Positions 29,446 through 38,046 of a DNA stretch of 64,000 nucleotides are shown here, one piece after another (the stretch's first letter is position 1; each line of letters starts with the position of its first letter). Position numbers and translations under genes: made by a program. The notes below the pieces were generated by a model. It saw only the letters and a list, made by a program, of their open reading frames with translations. It made no database searches and was not told the DNA's origin. The stretch is from Parcubacteria bacterium C7867-001 (GTDB lineage: Bacteria > Patescibacteriota > Minisyncoccia > Phycocordibacterales > Phycocordibacteraceae). The stretch covers positions 1,937-65,936 of the forward strand of contig LFCK01000002.1 of NCBI GenBank assembly GCA_001189095.1. The letters run 5' to 3'.

Positions 29446-30702
29446 TTATGCAAAAGATTCAGGTATCGGGAACTTTTGCGCAAGTTCCTTAACCTCTGTG
29501 CGTACGCGCTCGACCGAGCTTTCGCCATTTTTGAGAACATCGAGCATAAGCTCCGCGACTCGTGTCGCTTCGACGCGGCCCATACCGCGAGAAGTAATCG
29601 CAGGTGTGCCAAAGCGGATACCGGACGGGTCGAGCGGCTTCCGCGTATCATCCGCGATCACGTTCTTGTTGAGTGTCATGCCAGCGGCATCGAGAAGCGT
29701 CTCTGCTTCGTGCCCTGAAATCCCGAACGAACTCCAGACGTCAGCAAGGATAAGGTGGTTGCTCGTGCCGCCCGCGATGAGACGTACTCCGCCTTTTTGA
29801 AACGCGATGGCCATTGCGCTCGCATTCTCGACGACCTGCTTTGCGTATGCCTCGAAAGAAGGTTTCAACGCTTCGCCGAAACACACCGCTTTCGCTGCGA
29901 TGGTATTCATCAAAGGGCCGCCTTGAAGGCCGGGGAATACCGCCTTGTCTATTTTCTTCGCGAGCTCTTCGCTCTCGCGCGTGAGTATGATTCCGCCGCG
30001 TGGGCCGCGTAGCGTCTTATGCGTCGTTGAGGTCATTACGTCGAATCCGTAATCAAACGGATTCTTTACTGCCTTTCCTGCGATGAGTCCGGCGATGTGC
30101 GAAATATCCATCACCGCAACCGCGCCGACTTCCCGCGCGATAGAAACAAACTTCGCGTAATCAAGTTCACGCGAATACGCGGAATATCCCGCAAGCAGGA
30201 CTTTCGGCTTCTCCCGTTTCGCGACTTCGAGCATTTCGTCGTAGTCGATCTCTCCCGTCGAAACATCTTTCATCTTGTAACGAATGAAATTGAACACCTT
30301 CGATATATAGGTCACGGGATGGCCGTGCGTGAGGTGGCCACCATGGGAAAGATCCATACCCATAACAGTGTCCCCCGGCTCCATAAGCGCCATGTAAAGG
30401 GCGATGTTCGCGTTGGCGCCTGAGTGTGGCTGCACGTTCGCGAACTTCGCACCGAAGAGTTGCTTCGCGCGCTCTATCGCGATGGTTTCCGCTTGGTCGG
30501 TGAATTCTTGGCCGCCATAGTAACGCTTCCCTGGATATCCTTCCGAGTACTTATTCGTGAGCACGCTGCCGAGCGCCTCACGCACCGCGAGCGAGACATA
30601 GTTTTCAGAAGGAATGAGCTCGAGCCCTTCAGCTTCGCGCTTCTCTTCCCCGTCTAGTGCGACAAAGACTTCCGCATCCCCTTGTTTAAGGTGTTCGTAC
30701 AT
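29446..30702 (-). CDS. glyA: Serine hydroxymethyltransferase
   Basis: LELIPSENYVS...TTHKTLRGPRGG PLP-lysine motif. Confidence 0.95.
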   Translation of the reverse strand: MYEHLKQGDAEVFVALDGEEKREAEGLELIPSENYVSLAVREALGSVLTNKYSEGYPGKRYYGGQEFTDQAETIAIERAKQLFGAKFANVQPHSGANANIALYMALMEPGDTVMGMDLSHGGHLTHGHPVTYISKVFNFIRYKMKDVSTGEIDYDEMLEVAKREKPKVLLAGYSAYSRELDYAKFVSIAREVGAVAVMDISHIAGLIAGKAVKNPFDYGFDVMTSTTHKTLRGPRGGIILTRESEELAKKIDKAVFPGLQGGPLMNTIAAKAVCFGEALKPSFEAYAKQVVENASAMAIAFQKGGVRLIAGGTSNHLILADVWSSFGISGHEAETLLDAAGMTLNKNVIADDTRKPLDPSGIRFGTPAITSRGMGRVEATRVAELMLDVLKNGESSVERVRTEVKELAQKFPIPESFA

Positions 30703-30711
30703 ATCGATATC

Positions 30712-31140
30712 TTATACGCCCGTCGAACCGAATCCGCCACGCGTCGCGACGCCGTGGGTTGCCACTTCGTTCCATGTAACTCGATCGAACGGGAGGACAA
30801 TGATTTGCGTGATGCGATCGCCCCGCGCGACCGTAACCTCGGCGTCCGTAAAATTGTAGACAACCGCATGATACTCATCATCGTCGCCCGAAAAGTCTTC
30901 GTCGAAGATTCCTATTGCATTCGGGAGGAGGAGTCCCTTCTTATGGAGCGAGCTGCGCGCGGCCATGATGACGGTGTAGCCCTTAGGAGGCTTCACGCCA
31001 ATATTAAGAGGAACATACGCAATACCACGCGCCGGAATCACCGTATCAACGCGTGCTGCGCAGTCCATGGCGACAGCGCCTTCCGTTTTATATTCGGGAA
31101 GAGATAGTTCGGTATCAATCCGACGAATGTCTACGTGCAT
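30712..31140 (-). CDS. dut: dUTP diphosphatase
   Basis: Start refined to MHVDIRRIDTEL... (ORF track 30712..31335); dUTPase motifs AARSSL, GIFDEDFSGD, RGGFGSTG. Confidence 0.88.
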   Translation of the reverse strand: MHVDIRRIDTELSLPEYKTEGAVAMDCAARVDTVIPARGIAYVPLNIGVKPPKGYTVIMAARSSLHKKGLLLPNAIGIFDEDFSGDDDEYHAVVYNFTDAEVTVARGDRITQIIVLPFDRVTWNEVATHGVATRGGFGSTGV

Positions 31141-31227
31141 GGACTCTATACTACTTGAAAAAGCCTGAATTGACCTGCTGCGCTTGAACGGTAGGATGGA
31201 GAAAGCAACCATCACTGGAGACTGCTT

Positions 31228-32112
31228 ATGGAGTATCCCTATAAACCTCAAGGAGAGCGGACGCCCGATACACAGTATCGGGATCGACTCCGCACCATTC
31301 TTGAAACAGGAGTCCGTGTTGCCGACACGCCGCAAGGCGTTGGGGCACTCACCTGCTTTGGCACCCTTTCCCCGATGGTATTCGATCTTTCAAATGGCGT
31401 TCCGCTCATCACTGAACGGAGTATCGGCTTTTGGCGGAAACCGGTGGCGGAAATAATCGCGTTCATGAACGGCGCGCGTACGATTCCGGAACTCGAAGCC
31501 TTTGGCTGCGATTTCTGGGGCGACTACCGCGGCAAAGGAAGCGAGCTCGGCCTCGACGCCGACGACCTTGGTCCGGGTTCCTATGGCCCCGGATTCCATG
31601 ACTTTGAAATTCCGGGCGGAGGTTTTCTTAATCAGTTCGCGCAAGTCGTTGACCAGATTAAGACGTATCCTTCGATTCGCACGCACTTGGTATCACCTTG
31701 GAAGCCGTATTACACGGCGCGCGGTCCAAACCGTAAAGTCATCGTGGCACCCTGCCACGGCTGGCTCCACTTCCGCGTGATCGACGGCAAGCTCCACATG
31801 CGGATGGACCAACGTTCGGCGGACATGCCAATCGGCGTCCCTTCGAACATGATCCAATACGCTGCGGTCCTGCTCATGGTGTCGCAGGTAACGGGGATTC
31901 CTCCCGGAACCTACATCCACAGCTTTGCGGATGCGCACATCTACGAAGACCAAGTTGAAAAGGTGCAGAAGCTCCTCGAACGCGAGCCACGGCCCTTTCC
32001 GGTCATGAAACTCGATCCTTCGATCACTGACCTGTTCGCGTTTCGACCCGAACATTTTACGATCGAAGAATACGACCCGCATAAGGGAATGCTCATTCCC
32101 TATCGGCCCTAA
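31228..32112 (+). CDS. thyA: Thymidylate synthase (ThyA family; divergent N-terminal region)
   Basis: APCHGWLHFRV nucleophile-Cys motif, MDQRSADMPIGVPSNMIQYA (Asp/Asn dUMP-specificity residues), C-terminal HIYEDQ; N-terminal DRTGTGT motif not recognisable. Confidence 0.75.
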   Translation: MEYPYKPQGERTPDTQYRDRLRTILETGVRVADTPQGVGALTCFGTLSPMVFDLSNGVPLITERSIGFWRKPVAEIIAFMNGARTIPELEAFGCDFWGDYRGKGSELGLDADDLGPGSYGPGFHDFEIPGGGFLNQFAQVVDQIKTYPSIRTHLVSPWKPYYTARGPNRKVIVAPCHGWLHFRVIDGKLHMRMDQRSADMPIGVPSNMIQYAAVLLMVSQVTGIPPGTYIHSFADAHIYEDQVEKVQKLLEREPRPFPVMKLDPSITDLFAFRPEHFTIEEYDPHKGMLIPYRP

Positions 32113-32117
32113 TGCGT

Positions 32118-32150
32118 ACGCCCTCCCGAAACGGGAGGGCGTTTTCGTTT
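32118..32150 (+). terminator. rho-independent terminator (acgccctcccgaaacgggagggcgtttt)
   Basis: Immediately 3' of thyA. Confidence 0.6.
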
Positions 32151-32178
32151 GTGAAAGTTCGCGTGGTATAAGAAGCGA

Positions 32179-32643
32179 ATGAAGAAGCCAATGGTGAATA
32201 CCATAAACGCTGATGTGATGCCTCGAAGTGACTACGGTCAGGTACTGAAAGCAATCTTGAAAGAGGGTCTCTGCCCATTTTGTGAAAAAAACTTGTTCCG
32301 TCATCACTCCAAACCCATTCTCATAAAAACAAAGCACTGGTTGGTGACCGAAAACGCTTGGCCGTATGAGGGGACGAAACACCACTTCGTTTTCATTGTT
32401 CGACATCACATCGAGGGCGCCGAACACCTTACACCTCTCATGTGGGCCGATCTTGGTGCTGCATTTAAGAAACTTATAAAGAAAACGAAGATCTCTGGAG
32501 GCTCATTCGTGATGCGTAACGGAAAGATGGAGTACACCGGAGCTTCAGTGCGGCATCTTCATGCGCAATTGATCGTTGGCGTACAACGCTCAAAGCAGAC
32601 CGAGCCCCTCAAGGCCCTCATCGGATACAAACGCAAAAAATAA
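32179..32643 (+). CDS. HIT-family (histidine triad) nucleotide hydrolase/transferase with N-terminal CxxC
   Basis: HLHAQLIVG histidine triad; CPFCE zinc-binding pair. Confidence 0.75.
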   Translation: MKKPMVNTINADVMPRSDYGQVLKAILKEGLCPFCEKNLFRHHSKPILIKTKHWLVTENAWPYEGTKHHFVFIVRHHIEGAEHLTPLMWADLGAAFKKLIKKTKISGGSFVMRNGKMEYTGASVRHLHAQLIVGVQRSKQTEPLKALIGYKRKK

Positions 32644-32654
32644 CTCCTCGCCCA

Positions 32655-33515
32655 TTATGAGCGAGGAGTTTCGATAACGCGGATAATTTCTATCCCGTTA
32701 GCACGCAGCGCATCCGCTCCGTTGATGAGTGAATACCCATCGGCAAAATAAAGACGCCGGATTCCGGACGCCGCGACTGCAGCAGCGCAGGGCGGGCACG
32801 GAAACGTCGTGACGAAGAGATCGCAGCCGCTTGTTGCAATACCGCAGCGAGCAGCTTCAGCAATAATCGCCACTTCCCCATGGAGCGCAGTCGAGACGTC
32901 GATACGCTCGCCCGGCTCAAAGGAGCTGCGGGGGTCGCCTTCAAGGTACGCCGTTTGTTCGTGCGGCACATGCCGATTGAACGCGCTTAGCACCATAACT
33001 CCGTCTCTTGCGAGAACGGCACCTACTTGGCGCCACCAGTCAGGACTTTTAGCCGCTGCTTTTCGGGCTTCTCCAATAAGCGCTCGATCGAGCTCATCGT
33101 ACGAGATCGTTCCTTGTTCAGGAGCCGACGGCTTCGTCGATGCGCTCCAGTCCCAGCGCAGGCGCCATCGGTCATCGTGGATGATTGATAGGTCCTCGCC
33201 GTAGGATCGTCGCCATGCATGCATGACGTCTTCGTCCGGCATGATGATCGAATCAAAGGAGCGGAGCTCCGGTAGAGTTTCGTGCGACAAAATACGAACA
33301 TCCGGAAGAATTCCGAGCGCTTGAATCATTACCGCCGATTCCGCAGGAGTATTGCCTGGCAAATGCTTAACGAGCGATAGATTCTCGGCGACAAACTCGT
33401 CGCCGAGAATGTAGAGCGTCGCTGTCGGGTACGCACGCAGGAACTTGAGGTATCCCGCATGCGGAGACGCGACATACATGACGAGCGCAACATTATTGTT
33501 TTCCGTTGAGCTCAT
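32655..33515 (-). CDS. Two-domain protein: N-terminal domain of unknown function fused to dCMP/cytidine deaminase domain (ComEB-like)
   Basis: C-terminal VGAVLARDGVMVLSAFN...HGEVAIIAEAARCG...TFPCPPCAAAVAASGIRRLYF = zinc-deaminase H-x-E / PCxxC; N-terminal ~160 aa unassigned; start refined to MSSTENNNVALVMYV. Confidence 0.7.
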   Translation of the reverse strand: MSSTENNNVALVMYVASPHAGYLKFLRAYPTATLYILGDEFVAENLSLVKHLPGNTPAESAVMIQALGILPDVRILSHETLPELRSFDSIIMPDEDVMHAWRRSYGEDLSIIHDDRWRLRWDWSASTKPSAPEQGTISYDELDRALIGEARKAAAKSPDWWRQVGAVLARDGVMVLSAFNRHVPHEQTAYLEGDPRSSFEPGERIDVSTALHGEVAIIAEAARCGIATSGCDLFVTTFPCPPCAAAVAASGIRRLYFADGYSLINGADALRANGIEIIRVIETPRS

Positions 33516-34179
33516 TGCGTGCCTCCTCAATCGCCTGCAGCAGTTTCGTTGACACTTTTTCAAGCGTCTCGATCCCACCATCGATGGCTAGAATGCGAAT
33601 GCGCGCAGTTGTCGACGTTTCCGCCTGCGGCGGAAGATTAACGAGATGTTCGCATTGCGCACGTATCGTGTCGTGGTCCGATGGCAGATCCTTCGTTGAT
33701 TCCGAAATGACCCGTACATCGTGATCGATAAGCGTGTAGAGCTGGTTCGCCTCGTACTGCGGAACAAGAATGTCCACAGTGCCGAGTTCGCACAAGATCT
33801 CATAGCGTTCCGCTTCAGGAACGATCGGACGCTTGGGGCCTTTGCGCTGCTTGGTGAGCGCATCGGTATCAACGCCAACCACCATGATGACGTGTTCGGC
33901 ATCTGGATAGAGCTGTCGTGCAGCCTCTTTTCCAGCGCGAATATATTTTGCGTGACCGATGTGGAAGAGATCCCACACGCCGGTTGTAAACGCAATAACG
34001 CAGCCCATAGAGCGGAGCTGCCCAATGACTTCGCTGAGTTCGTCGTGGTTCGGGAAGAACTTGTCGTCGAATTTCGCGTTGCCCTTGAGAATACGCGCTG
34101 CCCGCAACTGCGTCGGGTTCACGCGCTTTGAGTTTCGAGCGCCGGCTGTAGTAGATGCCTTTGCCATTGCATCGTCCAT
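33493..34179 (-). CDS. Cytidylyltransferase-like nucleotidyltransferase (HxGH family) with ~90-aa C-terminal extension
   Basis: FTTGVWDLFHIGHAKYIRAGKE (T/HxGH motif); start refined to MDDAMAKAS with GGAGGTG RBS; 23-nt overlap with downstream gene. Confidence 0.65.
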   Translation of the reverse strand: MDDAMAKASTTAGARNSKRVNPTQLRAARILKGNAKFDDKFFPNHDELSEVIGQLRSMGCVIAFTTGVWDLFHIGHAKYIRAGKEAARQLYPDAEHVIMVVGVDTDALTKQRKGPKRPIVPEAERYEILCELGTVDILVPQYEANQLYTLIDHDVRVISESTKDLPSDHDTIRAQCEHLVNLPPQAETSTTARIRILAIDGGIETLEKVSTKLLQAIEEARNELNGKQ

Positions 34180-34272
34180 GATACACCTCCAATGAACAAC
34201 GAGCCTGCCGAGAGAGTACCTTCGGTAAAGCTGCTTGTGCAACGAGCAAAGACGTGTCGTATAGTTTGTCTC

Positions 34273-34704
34273 ATGGATGAACTCCTAGGCGACCGACAGA
34301 CCTTCATCACCTACGTTCCCTTACGCACGGAAGTTCGCGCGCTCGACAACATCTCCCTTCCTCGAGGTGCGAATGTATACGAAATCGCGCCGCGCGCAGC
34401 CCTTGATCCGGTAGCTGAAGCGGCAGCGACACTCCGTACTGCAGGCGAAACGAAAACCGTCATACTCATTCCCGGTCGGAAATTCGATGCGGCAGGCACT
34501 CGGCACGGGCAAGGTGGCGGATGGTACGACCGTTTTCTTGCTCGAGTTCCGCGAGAGTGGCTGCGTGTCGGCTTCTGTTTCGAGCAGCAATTCTCGAACG
34601 AACCACTCCCCCGCGAGAACTGGGATCAAACAATGGATATCGTCTGCGTCGTCCGCAAGGATGGAATACTAGAAGTACGGGATATTCGTGCTAAGGTTCC
34701 GTAG
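34273..34704 (+). CDS. 5-formyltetrahydrofolate cyclo-ligase (MTHFS family)
   Basis: GQGGGWYDRFL signature; start refined to MDELLGDRQ (ORF track 34192..34704). Confidence 0.75.
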   Translation: MDELLGDRQTFITYVPLRTEVRALDNISLPRGANVYEIAPRAALDPVAEAAATLRTAGETKTVILIPGRKFDAAGTRHGQGGGWYDRFLARVPREWLRVGFCFEQQFSNEPLPRENWDQTMDIVCVVRKDGILEVRDIRAKVP

Positions 34705-34721
34705 GATTTATGGAGGACAAA

Positions 34722-35231
34722 ATGAATCACCGCATCAGTATGATCGCCGCACTTGGCACGGACACCCGCGCCATCGGCAAAGGCAACGATCTCATCTGGG
34801 ACATTCCACAAGACAAGAAGCGTTTCCGCACGATTACCAAAGGTCATCCGGTCATCATGGGTCGGAAGACGTGGGAGTCGCTACCGACGCAATTCCGTCC
34901 CTTGCCGGGGCGGGCGAACATCGTCATCTCGCGTGACCCAAACTACGAAGCGATCGGCGCCGTGTCCTGCACGTCGCTCGTAAAAGCGCTCGAAATCGCA
35001 CACTTGGCGCCCGGCAGCGATGAGATATTCATCATCGGCGGCGGCGAGATATACAAGGAAGGCCTCGCGCATGCGGACCGCCTCTATCTCACGCTTGTTG
35101 AGAGCAAAGCTGCGGGTGATGTGTTCTTTCCCTCATACGATGAGTTTACGAAAGCCATCGAGCGAGTGTCGTACTCGTATTTTAAAGACGGCATTCGTTT
35201 GCCGTATACTTTTCTAACGCTTGAACGATAA
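34722..35231 (+). CDS. folA: Dihydrofolate reductase
   Basis: ISMIAALGTDTRAIGKGNDLIWDIPQDKKRFRTITKGHPVIMGRKTWESLP...; start refined to MNHRISMIAAL with GGAGGA RBS. Confidence 0.9.
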   Translation: MNHRISMIAALGTDTRAIGKGNDLIWDIPQDKKRFRTITKGHPVIMGRKTWESLPTQFRPLPGRANIVISRDPNYEAIGAVSCTSLVKALEIAHLAPGSDEIFIIGGGEIYKEGLAHADRLYLTLVESKAAGDVFFPSYDEFTKAIERVSYSYFKDGIRLPYTFLTLER

Positions 35232-35234
35232 ACG

Positions 35235-35270
35235 AAAACGCCGGCGCGTAGCGCCGGCGTTTCCCTTTTG
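35235..35270. terminator. Bidirectional terminator between folA and rplK (aaaacgccggcgcgtagcgccggcgttt)
   Basis: Perfect GC stem flanked by A/T runs on both strands. Confidence 0.65.
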
Positions 35271-35279
35271 GAGTTTTCT

Positions 35280-35702
35280 TTACTTTACGTCGATACCCAT
35301 ACTTCGAGCCGTACCTTCAATGATGCGGTCCGCTGCTTCAGGAGATGCTGCCGTAAGGTCAGGGAGCTTCTGTTGGCTGACGGCTCGTACCTGCGCCTTT
35401 GAAAGCGTTGCGACTGCCTTGCTGCCACCTGCTTTACCCGAACCCTTCTCGATACCGAGGATCTTGAGGATGAGGCGGGACGCTGGCGGAGTCTTAAGGA
35501 CGAAGGAGAACGTGCGGTCCTCGTAGACCGAAAGGTCGACTGGAATGATGTCGCCCATCTTGTCGCGAGTTGCTTCGTTGAACTTGTTCACGAAGTCGCC
35601 GATGTTGACGCCTGCGGGACCAAGCACGGTACCCACCGGCGGAGCCGGAGTCGCTTTCCCTGCTGGGATCTGGAGCTTAATGAGTTTTACTACTTTAGGC
35701 AT
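35280..35702 (-). CDS. rplK: 50S ribosomal protein L11
   Basis: [34 protein letters not shown]... Confidence 0.95.
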   Translation of the reverse strand: MPKVVKLIKLQIPAGKATPAPPVGTVLGPAGVNIGDFVNKFNEATRDKMGDIIPVDLSVYEDRTFSFVLKTPPASRLILKILGIEKGSGKAGGSKAVATLSKAQVRAVSQQKLPDLTAASPEAADRIIEGTARSMGIDVK

Positions 35703-35737
35703 AGTGGAATGACTTTACGCGAGAGGATAAGAAAAGT

Positions 35738-36307
35738 CTACACTTTTCGTATTTGAAGGAAATCGAGCTCGACCGGCGTCTCGCGACCGAACATGGCGAC
35801 AAGCACCTTCACCTTGCCGCGCTCCTCGTCGACTTCACCGACCTTACCCTCGAGGTCCTTGAATGGGCCGTCGGTAATAGCAACGTGGTCATCCTTCATG
35901 AGGTCGATGCGGTGCTTCGGAGCTTCTGCGCCCATGCGCTTCATAAGGGAGGAGATTTCCGCTTCCTCCATCGGAACGGGCGTCGTGCCCGAACCGACAA
36001 AGCCCGTCACGCGCGGCGTGTTGCGGACAACGAACCACGAATCCTCGTCGACAATCATCTTAACGAGAATGTAGCCCGGATAAATCTTTTCTTCCTCGAC
36101 AACGCGCTTCCCTGCCTTCACGCGAATCTTCTTTTCCGTCGGGACGACGACTTCGAAAATCTTGCTTTCCATGCCAAGCGATTCGATGCGCTGCTTCAAG
36201 TTACGCTCCACGGCATTCTCATAGCCTGCGTAGGTATGGATGGTGTACCAGCGCGGCTCGCTGTTAAGCGCGTCTTCGGAAAAATTTGGAGTGGTGTGGG
36301 TTTCCAT
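35738..36307 (-). CDS. nusG: Transcription termination/antitermination factor NusG
   Basis: NGN domain plus KOW (KDDHVAITDGPFKDLEGKVGEVDEERGKVKVLV). Confidence 0.93.
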   Translation of the reverse strand: METHTTPNFSEDALNSEPRWYTIHTYAGYENAVERNLKQRIESLGMESKIFEVVVPTEKKIRVKAGKRVVEEEKIYPGYILVKMIVDEDSWFVVRNTPRVTGFVGSGTTPVPMEEAEISSLMKRMGAEAPKHRIDLMKDDHVAITDGPFKDLEGKVGEVDEERGKVKVLVAMFGRETPVELDFLQIRKV

Positions 36308-36318
36308 AGAGAATCGGA

Positions 36319-36504
36319 TTACTGGCTAATAATCTGCGCGACACCCGTTGTGAAGAGGTAATCGAGACCTGCAATGAAGAGCGCGACCACCACCGAGATA
36401 ATGATGATGAGCACGGTGTTCGAGACGCCCTTCTGCCAACTTGGCCAGACGACATGCGAGAGCTCCGTGCGAACATGCGAGAGATACGAGACAAGTGATT
36501 TCAT
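36319..36504 (-). CDS. secE: Preprotein translocase subunit SecE
   Basis: 61 aa, single TM, canonical position upstream of nusG. Confidence 0.85.
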   Translation of the reverse strand: MKSLVSYLSHVRTELSHVVWPSWQKGVSNTVLIIIISVVVALFIAGLDYLFTTGVAQIISQ

Positions 36505-36515
36505 AGGGTGGGCTA

Positions 36516-36541
36516 TTTAAAAACGCCCCTTCGGGCGCGTA
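36516..36541 (-). terminator. Leader hairpin CGCCC-GAAG-GGGCG followed by TTTTT between promoter and secE start (candidate attenuator)
   Basis: Read on minus strand; sits inside the 5'UTR of secE-nusG-rplK. Confidence 0.4.
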
Positions 36542-36549
36542 CGTTGGCA

Positions 36550-36577
36550 ATTATACTCCTTTCCACACATGCGTCAA
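36550..36577 (-). promoter_or_regulatory. sigma-70 promoter TTGACG-16nt-TATAAT for secE-nusG-rplK
   Basis: Near-consensus hexamers read on minus strand ~45 nt upstream of secE ATG. Confidence 0.6.
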
Positions 36578-36630
36578 ATGACTACGGGCGCCACGCAAAG
36601 CGTGGCGCCCGTGTCCCTTTCCCTGAAATC

Positions 36631-37011
36631 CTAGCCGGCGAGACCCTTCGCGACGAGCATTTGCACGCGCGCGCTGATCTTCGGACCGAAGTCCCCTTCA
36701 CGGCAGCCGTCGTCGAGGACGCGAACCGCCATGCGGAGATACGCCGGCGTGAGCGTGCGTTCTTCGATCATCGTGACGATGTCGTTGAGCGCGAGCGAGC
36801 GTTGCGAGCGGACCGATTGACCCTTCGGGTAGTAGAGCGTACGCACGGCACGCTTCCACTTTTCGAGAGTCGCGGTATCCGGTTGGGCGGTTGGCTTCGC
36901 CGGCACAACGAGACGCAGTTCGTTCCGGCGAGCCGGAAGTTGCGAGATCTCACCGCGGGCGAGTCGGTCGCCGAGGGATTCGGGATGGGACGTTTTCGCA
37001 GCAGCAGCCAT
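36631..37011 (-). CDS. Hypothetical protein (126 aa)
   Basis: ORF with strong hairpin (gggcgccacgcaaagcgtggcgccc) 3' of it; no recognisable domain. Confidence 0.4.
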   Translation of the reverse strand: MAAAAKTSHPESLGDRLARGEISQLPARRNELRLVVPAKPTAQPDTATLEKWKRAVRTLYYPKGQSVRSQRSLALNDIVTMIEERTLTPAYLRMAVRVLDDGCREGDFGPKISARVQMLVAKGLAG

Positions 37012-37077
37012 GAGAGGCTCCTATCTGTGCCTGACCTAAACAGTGTTGAGGTGGGTCAGGGGTCACCTGCTAATTTA

Positions 37078-37099
37078 TAGTATATAACACTATATACTA
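37078..37099. promoter_or_regulatory. Perfect AT-rich palindrome TAGTATATA-acac-TATATACTA (candidate operator / -10 region)
   Basis: 9-bp inverted arms; upstream of gene 36631..37011 on minus strand. Confidence 0.35.
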
Positions 37100-37114
37100 T
37101 AAGTCAAGAGCATG

Positions 37115-37140
37115 AAAAACGGCCTATTCAGGCCGTTTTT
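37115..37140. terminator. Bidirectional terminator (aaaaacggcctattcaggccgttttt)
   Basis: Perfect hairpin flanked by A5/T5. Confidence 0.65.
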
Positions 37141-37162
37141 CATGCTCTTGCGAGACTGGGTT

Positions 37163-37963
37163 TTAGCGAATCTCGTAGGTGATCGAAACCGAGACGTTCG
37201 TCTCGTTCTGTCCTACCGGAAGATTCGGTGCTGCCTCAACAGCAGCGTCCATGGCTACACCACCCTTTCCGTATCCGTACATCATCGGATACCCGCCGCC
37301 ATTCTCAGAGAATGCGACGACTTTACCAAGACGAACGCCAAGCTGCTTCGCAAGCTTCTCCGCCTTTTCTCGAGCGTCTTCAATGGCTTTGCCGCGAGCT
37401 TCAGCGGTTACTTCGCTTGTGTCGTCGACGGTAAAGTTCGGTCCCGAGATATTCTGAACACCGAGCTTACCGAGACCCGCGAGAACCTCGCCCGCCTTCG
37501 CGGTATCGCGAACCTTAACTTCGATAGACTCCGTAACTTCATAGCCGATGATCTTTGAGGACTGCTGGATGCAGTAGACTCCCGGCGAGCAGTTCTGCGT
37601 CTCGTACTTCGGATAGACGTTATAACCGGATGCCTGTACATCCTTATCATCGATATCCTGCGACTTTACGAATTCGAGCGCAGCATTTGCCTTCTTCGTT
37701 GCAGCAGCCTGAGCATCAGCGACGGTCGCTGCTGATTCAGTGACCGAGAACGAGATGTGTGCGATGTTCGGAACCGCAGCGCTCTTCCCTGTTCCCGAGA
37801 CGGTAATCGTATTCGAGTACGGAATATTCGAGCGGCCGAAATCGCTTATCGCATTGAGCGAAATGACGAGCAGGAAGACGGCGAGAAGCCCGAGAGCGGC
37901 CGTAGCTGCATAGCGAACCGGTCGGCTCGCCGCAACGATTTTATCTATAACTGAATCATTCAT
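37163..37963 (-). CDS. SIMPL-domain protein (DUF541 / BP26-like), membrane anchored
   Basis: N-terminal TM anchor; SIMPL-like core ...VSFSVTESAATVADAQAAATKKANAALEFVK... Confidence 0.7.
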   Translation of the reverse strand: MNDSVIDKIVAASRPVRYAATAALGLLAVFLLVISLNAISDFGRSNIPYSNTITVSGTGKSAAVPNIAHISFSVTESAATVADAQAAATKKANAALEFVKSQDIDDKDVQASGYNVYPKYETQNCSPGVYCIQQSSKIIGYEVTESIEVKVRDTAKAGEVLAGLGKLGVQNISGPNFTVDDTSEVTAEARGKAIEDAREKAEKLAKQLGVRLGKVVAFSENGGGYPMMYGYGKGGVAMDAAVEAAPNLPVGQNETNVSVSITYEIR

Positions 37964-38046
37964 GGAAAATCTATGAGGGTTAATAAGCGTTTAGACGAAC
38001 AAAGTCTATCACGCTTACCGATACGGTTTTATGCTAGGCTTTTCGC

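Noticed and set aside
35753-36361. 202-aa plus-strand ORF
   Set aside because: Antisense to nusG and secE
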